DNA of 64,000 nucleotides from Candidatus Binatia bacterium (GTDB lineage Bacteria; Desulfobacterota; Binatia; Bin18), in the NCBI GenBank assembly GCA_963664395.2, contig OY761159.2:2784001-2848000 (forward strand), written 5' to 3'. The translations under genes and the position numbers were made by a program. Numbering within the stretch: the stretch's first letter is position 1; every line of letters begins with the position of its first letter. The notes under the pieces are model-generated. The model was given only the letters and a program-made list of their open reading frames with translations. It made no database searches and was not told where the DNA came from. Of this stretch, positions 20,595-32,000 are shown one piece after another.

Positions 20595-20798
20595 AAAAAT
20601 AACCCTGTTTGGGGATCATGGACGGTCTGTGTCACTTCTCCCCGTAGACGCCGGGAATTTGATCCAAGCGTTCCTCGATGAGGGGTAGGAGCGCTTGAAC
20701 AAAACGGTCTGCCAGGAGACGATCTCTTGCCGGTACCGATAATCCACCGGCCATAAACGTGCTCTGCCTTTGCGGGCATGAGAGGGTGGGCAAGTTCC

Positions 20799-22460
20799 CT
20801 ACTCCACATCCGTCATCACAAAGTTCTGACTATTCTGTTGCCATTCCAGGGTGACGGTCTGCCCCAGAGCCGGGAAGTCCTCGACCATACAGTCCCCCTC
20901 AACGCCCCGCAGAAACTCCACGCCCAACGTCGTCACCCGTACCGTCGCCCGGCCCAGCTCTTCGCCGTCCACCCAGGCGACCACCGCATGCTCCCCATCG
21001 TCCAGCAGATTCCAGTTGAACAAGAGGCCAAAGCCATTGTCCGTATCCCCACACGCTTCTGCGGTATCCAGCCGCTCTGTGCCATACGTGGCCACGTGGC
21101 GCGCGACCTCTCCCCCCTCGCACACCCAGCCCGACAGCACCCGGACCCCACTCTGAAAGGAGTTGGGGCCGGGGTTCTCCAGATAGCCCACCCCGGCTGA
21201 CCCGGCCCGGTTCATTCCTGTCGGGGCCGGACCGGCTCGGATCACAAAGTTCTGCTGCGTCTCCTGCCATACCAGCGTCACGGTCTCCCCCAGAGCTGGG
21301 AAGTCCGGCACCGGACAGGTGCCGGCTACGTCTCGCAGAAACTCGCTCCCCAAGGTTGTCACCGTCACGGTAGCGCGGTCCAACTCGACGTCATTCACTC
21401 GGATGATCACCGTATGTTCCCCGGCCCCCAGCAGATTCCAGTTGAACAACAACCCAAAGCCGTTGTCCGTGTCGCCGCAGGTGTCTGCCGTGTCCAAGCG
21501 CGCCGTGCCATACGCGGCCTCCTGCCGCACGGTGGTCCCCCTCGCGGTCGCAATCTCGATCTCCACCGCCTCGGCCTCGCACACCCAGCCCGAGATAAGC
21601 CCGATGCCGCTCTGAAAGGACGCCGCGCCGGGGTTATCCAGATAGCCCTCAGGCTCAAAGGGCGGGGCCGACCGGCGCCCGCCACCACCACCCCCACTGC
21701 GCCCGCCACCGGTGGAGACCTCGGGGGGGACCTCGGTGGGGGGATCCGTGCCGCCACCGCCGGCGGCGACGGTGATGTCGAAGTCGTCGCTGACCGTCCC
21801 GCCCTTGCCGTCGCTGGCGGTCACCTGCACGGACACCGTCCCCACATCCGCCTCCGCCGGCGTGCCCGCGAAGGTCCGCGTGCCGGCGTCGAAGCTCAGC
21901 CATGTCGGCAGGTTCGTGCCGTCACCCTGCGTCGCCGTGTAGCTCAGCGTGTCGCTGTCCACGTCGCTGAACGTGGTCGTCGGGAAGGCGTAGCTGAACG
22001 CCGTGCCCGCCGTCGCCGTCTGGTCCGAAAGCGCGTTCGCCACCGTCGGCGCGGTGTTGGCGGCGGTGCCGGTGGTGGCGCTGGCGACGTTGGAGGGAAG
22101 GCCGGTGCCGATCGAGTTGATGGCCGAGACGCGGTAGTGGCGGGTGGTGCTGGCGGCCAGCTCGGTGTGCGCGGAGATGGTGGTGGTGCTGTTGGTGTTG
22201 GCGACCTGGTCGGTCCAGGTGGTGCCGCTATCGGAGGAGATCTCGATCTTGTAGCCGGTGATGACGCGGCCGCCGTTGTCGACCGGGGCGGTCCACGAGA
22301 GGTTGATCGTGGTGCTCCCGCTGGCGGTGGCCGTGAGGCCCGTCGGGGCGTCCGGGGCCGTCGGGGCGTTGGCCGGCCGGGTGGAGTTGTTGGTGACGGC
22401 GGGGACGCCGCCGGCGCCGGTGGTGAAGGACGCGGCGTCGTTGCCGGCGGTGTCCTGGAT
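20799..22460 (-). pseudogene. 5'-truncated surface protein (FN3, dystroglycan-type cadherin/Ig, linker, shared domain x2)
   Basis: The frame is open upstream of 22043 (FN3-like ITGYKIE, HYRVSAIN) until the IS end at 22461; LPTWLSFDAGTRTFAGTP motif. Confidence 0.85.
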
Positions 22461-22570
22461 GGGAATTATATATCACGTTACCCGTAGGCCACACGTAGCC
22501 TGCATTCTTCCTACACATACAGCTATATAACAAAAATGGGGCTGGGATAGTAATCGACGGATATGGGGGA
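22461..22570. mobile_element. End of IS1595-derived cassette family truncating the surface gene
   Basis: gggaattatatatcacgttacccgtaggccaca...ctatataacaaaaatgggg, homologous to the ends at 12489 and 50524. Confidence 0.85.
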
Positions 22571-22594
22571 GAGGAGGCACTGCTCCCCCATGCT

Positions 22595-22867
22595 TTAGGC
22601 TGCGGGTTGATTGCGCTCTAGTAACCGCTCGATGCCCGCGCCCATCTTTGCGAGGGCCGCACTTTGATCTCGAATGCCCGCGCCGATGTCTTCAAGCACC
22701 TTGCCTTGCCGCTCCAATGCGGTGCCTTGCCGCTCCATTGATTTGTTGAGCACCATCGTCTGTTCCGCCCGACCCTCACTGCTCTTCTTCATCCAGCCAA
22801 TGCCCCAAAGAATGACGCCGAGCTGTGTGCCATACAAAAGAAGAGAGAAACTCTCGAATAATGTCAT
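22595..22867 (-). CDS. Small membrane-anchored coiled-coil protein
   Basis: N-terminal TM followed by ERQG / GAGI repeats. Confidence 0.6.
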   Translation of the reverse strand: MTLFESFSLLLYGTQLGVILWGIGWMKKSSEGRAEQTMVLNKSMERQGTALERQGKVLEDIGAGIRDQSAALAKMGAGIERLLERNQPAA

Positions 22868-23042
22868 AATTGCACCATCCTGAATATATCCTTCATAACA
22901 AAATCAGGCCGCGCTGTCTGGAGCCTCATTCCCTCCGCGCCCGCTCACTTTTCCTATCCACATTCTCTATATAACAAAAATGGGGATAAGAGAGTAAGTG
23001 ACTGTTAGAGGACCGTATCAATGAGTCAGGAAGGATGTTCTT

Positions 23043-23489
23043 CTAGTGGAGCGTGGCGGCAACAACGAGAGAATGATCTTCCTCAGCAATATACACCTCA
23101 TATGTGACGCGATTCAGACGGGACCCCTCTTCCCGCAGCCGATGCGTTCCCCCATCTCCCTCCGATCTTGACGCTAAACGGCGTCCACTGACTTGCGCCT
23201 CACATCTCCGCAGGCCAATGTCTTTGTCCCACTCGGTCATGTGGATATAGTAAAGCGTAAACGGCTGATTGCGGAACACATCCATGCCCTCTTTATCTGT
23301 ATAAGAAAGATGTCTCGTATTGTGGGCGACAAGATTCTCTTGCACTATGTCGAGAGCCAGTGCTTGTACGTCCGCATCACCGCACATAGGCGAAACAAGC
23401 GCATTGGGAAGCGTCTGCCCCTCACTACATCCCACACCACAGACCGTAAGACTACAGAGTAGGAACACCCGCAGAAAGGGATTCATCAT
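23043..23489 (-). CDS. Putative lipoprotein
   Basis: Signal with lipobox-like VG-C (CGVGCSEG); RBS ggagg. Confidence 0.6.
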   Translation of the reverse strand: MMNPFLRVFLLCSLTVCGVGCSEGQTLPNALVSPMCGDADVQALALDIVQENLVAHNTRHLSYTDKEGMDVFRNQPFTLYYIHMTEWDKDIGLRRCEAQVSGRRLASRSEGDGGTHRLREEGSRLNRVTYEVYIAEEDHSLVVAATLH

Positions 23490-23532
23490 GCCCTCCTTTT
23501 ACGCCGCCATCTTCCGCTTGATATACCCCTTG

Positions 23533-23826
23533 CTAGCGCTGCCTCAGCGAGTTCGCGCGGCTTGTTGGTCTCGGCACACAATCAGCATCGCAAGAATAGA
23601 TAATTCTAGCGCTTCCACTCTTCCCAACTCCCTTAAGACGGAGCCGGTCTTTAACTACTGAGTATTCGCCTAACTTAGGTATTTGGTGACTTGTATAGGG
23701 GGTCCCAGATGTACTGCATTTGTCTAGGTACTTTTTAACAGTATCTTGTAAATCCGGGTGTTTCCTTATGAGCAGCTTAAGACTTTTAGAAAAGCCCTCG
23801 GTGTAGATAACTTTACGGGACTTCAT
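23533..23826 (-). CDS. RelE/ParE-like toxin (3' end possibly damaged)
   Basis: VIYTEGFSKSLKLL...VVKDRLRLKGVGKSGSARIIY. Confidence 0.7.
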   Translation of the reverse strand: MKSRKVIYTEGFSKSLKLLIRKHPDLQDTVKKYLDKCSTSGTPYTSHQIPKLGEYSVVKDRLRLKGVGKSGSARIIYSCDADCVPRPTSRANSLRQR

Positions 23827-24252
23827 TTACCGCCAAGCTTTTTTCAAGCAAGTTCTTAAATTCCAAGCTTGCCGCTAATGAGAGCGATTCCGACGCATCT
23901 TCTGCAAAGCATGCCGCATCATCAAGAAGTCGTTGGGTAGCAGAAGAAAATGCTATGCGTGCAGATTTTTTTTAGCCTCATCTATCCTTTCTGAAAGCCC
24001 AAGCAATTGCTCAGACCTATCTTCGCACCACGAACGATCTTCATCTGTTTCAATAACGAGAAACCCAATCATTTTAACAATACGCGCCAGTTGCCAGCGA
24101 ACTTGAAGCGCCATAACCAGAATCAAAAAACTACAAGACACAGCCTCGAAGATTTTCACATGTTCTCGATAAAGTCGCTCCAATATTTTCCTAGTGCGGT
24201 TATTTGACTCTGTTGTAACCGTCTCCAGCACCGAGAAACTGGTTGTTACCAT
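23810..24252 (-). pseudogene. Putative antitoxin split by a frameshift in an A8 tract
   Basis: One extra A at 23966-23973 joins ORF 23953-24252 to AFSSATQRLLDD...KSLAVNEVP*, which overlaps the toxin start. Confidence 0.5.
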
Positions 24253-24307
24253 GTGTAGTCTCCTTTTATTTATCGCAGCGCGGTGGCGTCTCTTTCAAGA
24301 GTAGGTT

Positions 24308-25129
24308 TCAGCAGGATAAGAGGCTACCGGGTCCGTTTCTCAAGTTTGGTAGTACCCCCTCCTCTATCTCGGAAGTATATACCAGCTTACCCATAGCCGA
24401 AAATACCGCTGCATCAAAAAGGCATGGGGGAGTCTCGGCCTTCTCACATAACTCCTGAATGCCGTCCAACACAAATTCATAAAACTCTTGGTTAGTAAGC
24501 ATGCCGGCATGAAGTTTCGCATGACCCTGGGGTAGGGACTGATTCAGCCATTTGATAACCCGACTGTCGAGGGGAATTTCGTACCGAGTCAGCCCAAGCA
24601 ACTGAAGCAGGTTACGGGATTGTTTCGGACCGAACCCCTTGAATACCTGGGCGATCTCCTGCGCGACCCTACGCTCCTCCTTAGCCGAGACAAGTCTGGT
24701 CAACTGATTGCATTTGGGGAGGACGTTCTGCCACCCCTTTTCCTTCTCAAGATACTGCAAATTGTACGTGAGGTCCCGCGCACTCTGCTTGTACTTTCCA
24801 ATCCCATGCGTACGAACAGTCTCTCGAATAAATCCCTCTTTCCCTCTTTTGGGGCGCACGATTTCATAGGCGAGAGGGAAGGGGCTCTCTCTTCCTAGTT
24901 TATCTACTGGACTCCCTGGCCCCACTTTGTTCTGCATGGTAAGGCGAGCCAGGACCATTTCACGCCAAAAGTCCTCTTTCCTTACGTCTGGCTTTTTTGC
25001 GGCAAGGTTCTTCGCCCGCTCTGTGGCCAGTTGCTGGAACAGGGGCGCTTGCGCCTGGCTCTCAAGAACCTCCTGAACGCGGGCTATGTCACGACCCTGA
25101 GTTTTCCACTGAATCTCCAACATTCTCAA
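24308..25129 (-). CDS. Hypothetical protein with HhH-like (DNA glycosylase-like) motif
   Basis: FKGFGPKQSRNLLQLLGLTRYEIPLDSRVIKWL resembles HhH followed by a catalytic Asp. Confidence 0.6.
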   Translation of the reverse strand: MRMLEIQWKTQGRDIARVQEVLESQAQAPLFQQLATERAKNLAAKKPDVRKEDFWREMVLARLTMQNKVGPGSPVDKLGRESPFPLAYEIVRPKRGKEGFIRETVRTHGIGKYKQSARDLTYNLQYLEKEKGWQNVLPKCNQLTRLVSAKEERRVAQEIAQVFKGFGPKQSRNLLQLLGLTRYEIPLDSRVIKWLNQSLPQGHAKLHAGMLTNQEFYEFVLDGIQELCEKAETPPCLFDAAVFSAMGKLVYTSEIEEGVLPNLRNGPGSLLSC

Positions 25130-25209
25130 TCTCCGTTCTTCTCGATGCGCGCCACTCCCCGTTCATCAATGCAGTAGGCCACTTCCCTCATAAAAGTGGA
25201 ATAAGCATC

Positions 25210-25300
25210 CAGGACTCGTAGTTCCTGCAAAACCCCAGGGGCCAACCGAGTATAGACGAAATCATTGGTATAGTGACCAATTACAGACGGACGCTTGACG
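25210..25300 (-). pseudogene. P63C-domain remnant
   Basis: KRPSVIGHYTNDFVYTRLAPGVLQELR. Confidence 0.65.
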
Positions 25301-25442
25301 CCAATTGGACCCCGCCCGGGGGTCATCAGTAAAATAAATTAGTTACATGCTTGCAGACAGTATGTATCGACGACACTCTGGCTGTCCGGAGTCCGAGCCG
25401 GGTGTAGTCAGATGCTGACCCCCCGCTTGGTCTCCGCCTGCG

Positions 25443-28400
25443 CTAGCGGTGTTCTACCTCCACCGCGTTGCTACTGCAGTTGTTGGTGGTATCCGTCTCG
25501 CCCCGCGCCGCGACCACACAAGCCCAGTAGTAGTAGGTCCCCGGCTCTGGCTGAGGATCGGGGAAGGTGTACGTCAACTCACGATAATAAGTCGTATTGG
25601 GCTGGACAACATGAACCCTCCACCCCGAGTCTAACCTCTTGTCGTTGGATGCCGATATCGCCGCATCGCTCGACCGATAGAACCAGAGCCTGGTAGGAAA
25701 TGACTCCCCGGTTCCGTCATTCCGCACGCGCGCGACGAGCGTACCTCCCCCAGCTCTCATCTCGCTGACAACAAGGTCCGATGCCCCCGCTATTGCGGTC
25801 CGCACGGACGTGAACGGCCCCCCGCTCGAACAGGCGATGGTGGAATCCGGATCGCTCGTCGCCGCATCGACGCACGCCCCGTAATACCATTCGCCGGTGG
25901 TCCCGGGCGCCGTCAGCGTAATCGATTCCCGTCTCCAAGCCGACCTGGAAGACGAGAACGCCTCCATCGCGATTGTGCCCACCTCCGTGTCCGATCTCGT
26001 AATCGTCCTGTCCGGCGAGCGGTAGAGGCGCAGCGTCGTCGCCGGCAAAGCCACATACCCAGGGCTCAATGTCACCGACATCGAGAATGTCTCGCCCGGC
26101 GTTACGGTGGCGGACACAACTACCTTCACCCCTACGTTGGCCCAAGGGTTATTTTCGGGTTGCGTCTGCTCTACCCCTACCTGCACGCGTACCCCGCTCG
26201 AACAGTTGTTCGTCGTGTCCCCTTCCTTATGCACCGCGTCCACGCAGGCGCCGTAGTAGTAGGTTCTGACGCTCGTCGGCGCGGTTATCAAGCCCGTCGC
26301 GTGGTAGGTCATCCCGACGAGAAGATCGCGAACCGAATACGTGCCCAGCTCCGTGTCCCACGTCGTGATCGTCGCGTCCGTCGAGCGGTAGAACCGCAGC
26401 GTCGTACGCGTTGCCCAGTAGCCGCCCGCGTTGCGCACCGTCGCCGAGAAGGTGAAGGCCGTTCCGGCGGCCGGGCTGTCGTTGCTCACCCCGGGTGAAA
26501 GCACCACTAGGTCCGGTGGCGTTCCCCGAACCGGACCCGGACCCGGACCCTGACTCGTGATCGGAACCGGAACCGGACCCGCGACCCTGACCGTGACCGT
26601 CACGGCCGGGGAGCAGTTGTTGGTCGTGTCCGACTCATCCGTCACCGCATCGACGCACGCCCCGTAGTAGTACGTGCCGGGGCTCGAGGGCGCCGTCACC
26701 GGAGTCGCCATGCGGGGGCTGCCCGCCGCCGCGAGCGCGCGCACCGCGTCCGTCCCCACCTCCGTGTCCTCCGTCGTGATCGTCGCGTCCGGCGAGCGGT
26801 AGTAGCGCAGCGTCGTGGCCGCCGACTCTCCGTCGCCCGTGTTCGTTACCGTAGCAAACAAGTAATCGCTCTCTCCGGTCTCGGGAGTGTTGTTGGTTAT
26901 CCTCAGCGCCCCTACCACCAGGTCCGGTTGGCTCTGAATTTGCTGCTGCGTTACCAGAACCGTTACCTCTCTAGAGGACGAGCAGTTGTTGGTCGTGTCG
27001 GACTCGTCCGCCACCGCGTCCACGCACGCGCCGTAGTAGTATGCGCCGGGGCTCGAGGGCGCCGTCAGCGCAATCGACTCGCTGCTGGTCCCCGAAGCGG
27101 CCAGCCCCGCCACCGCGGCCGTGCCCACCGCCGTGTCCGTTGCCGTGATCGTCGCGTCCGTTGACCGGTAGAACCGCAGCGTTGTAGCGGCAGCGGCGCC
27201 GTCCCCCTCGTTCCGTACCGTGGCCGACAGCGTGAACGGCGCACCCGCCTCCAGGGTATCCTCGCTCACCGACGGCGCCGTCACCGCCAAGTCCCCGCCC
27301 GCCGGCTCCCGCCGGTTCTGCGGCGCGGTGGGGGTGGACCGCCCGCCCGCCGATGTCCCCCGGCTCCCGCCCGCCGATGTCCCCTGGCTCCCGCCCGCGG
27401 CACGCGCCGCCGGCGGCGCAGTGACCGCGCCCGCCGTATAGTCCACTATCACAAAGTTCTGACTGGTCTGGTGCCATGCCAGCGTGACCGTCTGGGCCAG
27501 AGCCGGGAAGTCCTCCACCACACACTCGCCCTCAGCCCCCCGCACAAACTCCTCGCCCAGGGTCGTCACCCGCACCGTGGCCCGGCCTAACTCCATGTCG
27601 TCCACATAGGCCACGACCTCGTGCTCCCCCTCGCCCAGCAGGTTCCAGTTGAACAACAACCCAAACCCGTTGTCCGTGTCCCCACACGCCTGCAGCGTGT
27701 CCTGCCGCTCCGTGCCATACGCGGCCGGCTGTGGCACCCCGTTCAGCGCAATCAGGACCACATCCCCCTCACACACCCAGCCCGAGATGACCCCAATGCC
27801 ACTCTGAAAGGAGTCGGGGCCCGGATTCTCCAGATACCCCACCCCCGGCACCCCCGCCCGGTTCTCCCCGCTCGGGGCCATGCCGCTGGCGAGGACAAAG
27901 TTCTGCTGCGTCTCCTGCCACACCAGCGCACCCGTCTCGCCCACCATGGGGAAGTCGGGTGCTGCACATGTCCCCGTCACGCCCCGCACAAACTCCGCCC
28001 CCAGGGTGGTGACCGTCACCGTGGCGCGACCCAATTCAACGTCATCCACAAACGCCACGACTTCGTGCTCCCCGTCGCCCAACAGGTTCCAGTTGACCAA
28101 GAGCCCAAAGCCGTTGTCCGTATCCCCACACGCGGCTGCCGTGTCGCGCCGCTCCGTGCCATACCCGGCTTCCTGACTGATCGTTCTCCCATCTGCGGTT
28201 TCTATGACAATTTCGACCGCGTCGGCCGCACATACCCAACCCGAAATCACCCCGATGCCGCTCTGAAACGCATGCAGCCCCGGATTCTCCAGAGAGCCGC
28301 TGGACTCCGCAGACATCTCGCTGCCACCGCCCTTGCGGCCGCTGCTCCCAGAAGCGGTCCCAGTGCCCCCGGTAGTGCCCCCGGTAGTGCCCCCACCAGT

Positions 28401-28883
28401 GCCCCCGGTAGTGCCCCCACCAGTGCCCCCGGTGGCGGCACTGGCCATCGTATCGAGGTCAACATACTTAACCTCAGGCAGACCCTCGATGGCGCGCTGC
28501 TCAGCCTTGAGTTCGGCCAGCGTCAGGGTGTCAGGCACGTGTTCGGCAATGAGCTGCTTGAGGCCGTCCAGCCGGCGCGCGACCGTCCAGCCCGCGCGCT
28601 GCTCCACTGCCGCGGCGGCCTGATCTACGGTGGAGCCCTGCGCTACTGCTATGAGGAGGGTGTCCAGGATCACACAGGCGTCACCATCACGGGCGACGCG
28701 GCCAAAGCCGCGCGTCTCGTCACAGGGGGCCGCGTCGCCCTGGGCTGCGACCGGCGGGCTGGCCGCCAGACCCACGATAAGCAATACCGCGGCCAGGACG
28801 AGGCCAGCTCTCAGTCTTCTACCTTCAGTCTTTCTCATCTCCCACCCTTCCTGTTCTTGCTCGGGCCTTCCCTGCCTCGCCAT
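25443..28883 (-). CDS. Secreted surface protein: N-domain, G/T linker, shared domain x2, then about 5 CARDB-like repeats
   Basis: Signal-like LRAGLVLAAVLLIVGLAASPPVAA; repeats DLxV...ATVRNxG...TTLRFYRSxDATI...YYYGACVDAV...NNCS. Confidence 0.88.
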   Translation of the reverse strand: MARQGRPEQEQEGWEMRKTEGRRLRAGLVLAAVLLIVGLAASPPVAAQGDAAPCDETRGFGRVARDGDACVILDTLLIAVAQGSTVDQAAAAVEQRAGWTVARRLDGLKQLIAEHVPDTLTLAELKAEQRAIEGLPEVKYVDLDTMASAATGGTGGGTTGGTGGGTTGGTTGGTGTASGSSGRKGGGSEMSAESSGSLENPGLHAFQSGIGVISGWVCAADAVEIVIETADGRTISQEAGYGTERRDTAAACGDTDNGFGLLVNWNLLGDGEHEVVAFVDDVELGRATVTVTTLGAEFVRGVTGTCAAPDFPMVGETGALVWQETQQNFVLASGMAPSGENRAGVPGVGYLENPGPDSFQSGIGVISGWVCEGDVVLIALNGVPQPAAYGTERQDTLQACGDTDNGFGLLFNWNLLGEGEHEVVAYVDDMELGRATVRVTTLGEEFVRGAEGECVVEDFPALAQTVTLAWHQTSQNFVIVDYTAGAVTAPPAARAAGGSQGTSAGGSRGTSAGGRSTPTAPQNRREPAGGDLAVTAPSVSEDTLEAGAPFTLSATVRNEGDGAAAATTLRFYRSTDATITATDTAVGTAAVAGLAASGTSSESIALTAPSSPGAYYYGACVDAVADESDTTNNCSSSREVTVLVTQQQIQSQPDLVVGALRITNNTPETGESDYLFATVTNTGDGESAATTLRYYRSPDATITTEDTEVGTDAVRALAAAGSPRMATPVTAPSSPGTYYYGACVDAVTDESDTTNNCSPAVTVTVRVAGPVPVPITSQGPGPGPVRGTPPDLVVLSPGVSNDSPAAGTAFTFSATVRNAGGYWATRTTLRFYRSTDATITTWDTELGTYSVRDLLVGMTYHATGLITAPTSVRTYYYGACVDAVHKEGDTTNNCSSGVRVQVGVEQTQPENNPWANVGVKVVVSATVTPGETFSMSVTLSPGYVALPATTLRLYRSPDRTITRSDTEVGTIAMEAFSSSRSAWRRESITLTAPGTTGEWYYGACVDAATSDPDSTIACSSGGPFTSVRTAIAGASDLVVSEMRAGGGTLVARVRNDGTGESFPTRLWFYRSSDAAISASNDKRLDSGWRVHVVQPNTTYYRELTYTFPDPQPEPGTYYYWACVVAARGETDTTNNCSSNAVEVEHR
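28362..28433. repeat. 12-bp tandem repeat encoding GGTT/GGTG linker
   Basis: gtgcccccggta / gtgcccccacca units. Confidence 0.8.
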
Positions 28884-28981
28884 CTTCTCTTGCCGGGCAG
28901 TGGCACGGCGGCGGGGGGGATAGTGCGGTTACCGACCCCCAGAGAAGGTCCCTTATAATTCAATGCCGTAGCCCCTGTCCC

Positions 28982-28995
28982 CTATCAAATGGTAG
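28982..28995 (-). promoter_or_regulatory. Operator copy upstream of surface gene 25443-28883
   Basis: ctatcaaatggtag; TATAAG 24 bp away. Confidence 0.72.
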
Positions 28996-29050
28996 AAAAA
29001 TGACCCCGCCCGGGCCTGCGCATGTCACCGGGCCGGGATGAGCAGAGCCG

Positions 29051-32000
29051 CTACTCCACGTCCGTAATCACAAAGTTCTGACTGGTCTGCTGCCATTCCA
29101 GCGTGACGGTCTGGGCCAGGCCGGGGAAGTCCTCGATGACACACTCCCCCTCGACCCCGCGTAGAAACTCTTCTCCCAGGGTCGTCACCCGCACCGTGGC
29201 CCGGCCTAACTCTACCCCATCCACGAACGCTACGACTTCATGCTCCCCCTCCCCCAATAGATTCCAGTTGAACAAGAGGCCAAAGCCGTTGTCCGTATCC
29301 CCACACGCTTCCGCGGTATCCACCCGCTCCGTGCCATACGCTGCCACGTGGCGCCTGACCGCTCCCCCCTCGGTCGTGATCTCGATCTCCACCTCGTCTC
29401 CCTCGCACACCCAGCCCGACAGCACCCCGATGCCACTCTGAAACGAGTTGGGGCCGGGGTTCTCCAGATAGCCCACCTCGGCTGACCCGGCCCGGTTCAT
29501 TCCTGTCGGGGCCGGACCGGCTCGGATCGCAAAGTTCTGACTGTTCTGCTGCCAGACTAAGCGCACCCGCTCGCCTGCATGTGGAAAGTCTTCGACTAGA
29601 CACTCGCCCGCGGCGGCGCGGAGAAACTCCTCCCCGAAGGTCGTCACGGTCACCATGGCCCGTCCGAGTTCGACCCCGTCAACGCGGGCCACGACCTCAT
29701 GCTCGCCATCGCCCAGCAGGTTCCAGTTGAACAGGAGGCCAAAGCCATTGTCCGTGTCCCCACACACCCCGGCTGTGTCTAACCGCTCCGTCCCATACGC
29801 CGCCTCCTGCGGGGTCCCGTTCAACTGGATCTCGACCGTCTCCGCCTCGCAGACCCACCCGGAGAGAACCCCGATGCCACTCTGAAACGAATCGGCGCCG
29901 GGGTTCTCTAAGAACCCTACCACCAGATACGTCTCCACGGTGTACGTCCCGGTCTGCCGCCCGTTGCCCGCCACGGCCACCACCACCAGCCCCGCTGCCA
30001 CCGGCACGCTCAGCCGAAAGTTCCGCCGGGCGCCCCCGCTGTCCGCCATCCCCAACTCGACATCGTTCAGCCACACAGTCCCCACCGTATCGGTCGAGCC
30101 CGTGGTCTCCACCACCAACACGCCGGCGTGGGGCACGCTGAGCGTGAAGTAGTCCACATCGTCCGCACTGTTGGCTTGCCCCGGCGTGGAGGACGTCCAC
30201 GGCGCGGTGCCGCCAAGGGAGACCGCGGTCGCCTGCCCCGGGCTGTCCCCGTGCCGGTCCTGGGGGCCGCTGCCCCCGCCACCCCCGCCCGTACCGCCGG
30301 TGTTACCCGGTGGGGGCGGCGGGGGCGGGCGGTCGTCATCCAGAATCGTACCAAGCGCGCCATCCGTACCGACATTGACTATTCTGACCCCGAACGGCAG
30401 GCTGTTTGTCGTTACGAACAAGAGCAAGGTCTCGTTGGGCTCAATCGCCGTATCGTCTGTTGTTTGCACCGTAATCGTGCGGGTGCTCTCGCCCGCCGGG
30501 ATCGTTACGGACCCGGACTGGTTCGCCGGATAGTCCACACCGGCCGTCGCCGTTCCAACCCGGATATCGCTCATATGCCAGTCAAGGATTATGTCCGCCG
30601 GCACCGGCGCCGACAACTGCACTGTGAAGCGGATGGGCGTGCCCTCCGCCGCTGCGCTGTTATTGACGGTGATCTCGACGAACTCGACGGCGACCTCCAC
30701 CTCGTACAGCCCGGTTTGCTGGTCCGTGGCCCCCCGGACCTTCAGGTAATACACACCCGCCTCAAGGCGTCGTTGGAGCAGAAAATCCTTGCTGGCGAAC
30801 GACACGGCCTCGCTGGTCGCAATCGACATGCTATTGCTGTCCAACAGCTCGCCGACGAGCCGGAGTTGGGGAGCAAGAGTCAAAGCAGCAATACCGCGAA
30901 TGACCAGGTCGGTCGCGGCGGGCAGTTCAATTCTGAAGTAATCGACGTCGCCGGCGGGAGCGATCAGGCCCCCTGCGGTATCGCGGTGCACCTGGGGGGT
31001 GATGGTCAACTCCGCGGCATCGGCCGGGCCTGCCGTATCCTGCCCCGTCCCGGTTTTCAGAGAATAGAATCCTGTCGCACCCGCATGCCCACTGACCTTG
31101 ATGGAGTATATTCCTGCGGGGAGCGAGCGGGCGAGGAAAAAATTATTCCGGCCGATCACGTCATAATTATTTTCCGCAATCAGGTGGCCATTGCTGTCCA
31201 GCACCTGCCCGACGGTATCAAGCCCACCGGTGGTGCGGATGGTGATATCGGTCGTGGCGGACAGGTCGATCGTGAAGTAATCGACGTCGGAGCTGGAGGT
31301 GATGGCTCCTTTCACCGTGCGATTCAGCGGCAGGTCCGCTGCCGTGGCCCGGTCGTTGCCGTGGTCAGGCGTCGTCTCGGTTTGCAGCGTATAGAATCCT
31401 GTCGCGCTCCCGCGAGCGCTGACCTTGAGGTAGTACGTCGTGCCTGCGGCAAGCGCGTAGACGAGGGAAAAATCTTTCGGATTGCGGAAGAAATCAATAT
31501 TGCCGTCGTTGTTTTGCGTCAGCACATTGCCATTGCTGTCCAATAACTGCCCCACGGTATCAATTCCACTATAGGTGCGGACATGGATCTCGGTCGCGGC
31601 GGCCGGTTCGATCGTGAAGTAATCGACGTCGGAGCCGGAGCTGATATATCCCAGCACGGTACTATCCAGCGGCAGGGACGCCGCGGTGGGCCGGTCGTCG
31701 CCGTGGTCTGCGGTTCTTGTCGGCGTGACGTCGGACCACGCCCCGGCGCCCGTGGCGTTGTGCGCCCGCACCTGTACCCCGTACCACCAATCGTCCAGGA
31801 GTCCGCTGAGCGTATATTCCAGCACGCCGGCGTCGACCGTCACCGTCCCAGCGTAGTTGTAAGTACTGCTCTGGTAGTGGAGCTCGTAGGCGCTGATGGC
31901 CGAGCCGCCGGTGTCGGAGGGGGCATCCCAAATGATGTGCAGCGAGCCGCTGCCGGGGGTCACGCTCGTGATGGTTGGTGGGGCGGGCGTCTGGGCCCAG

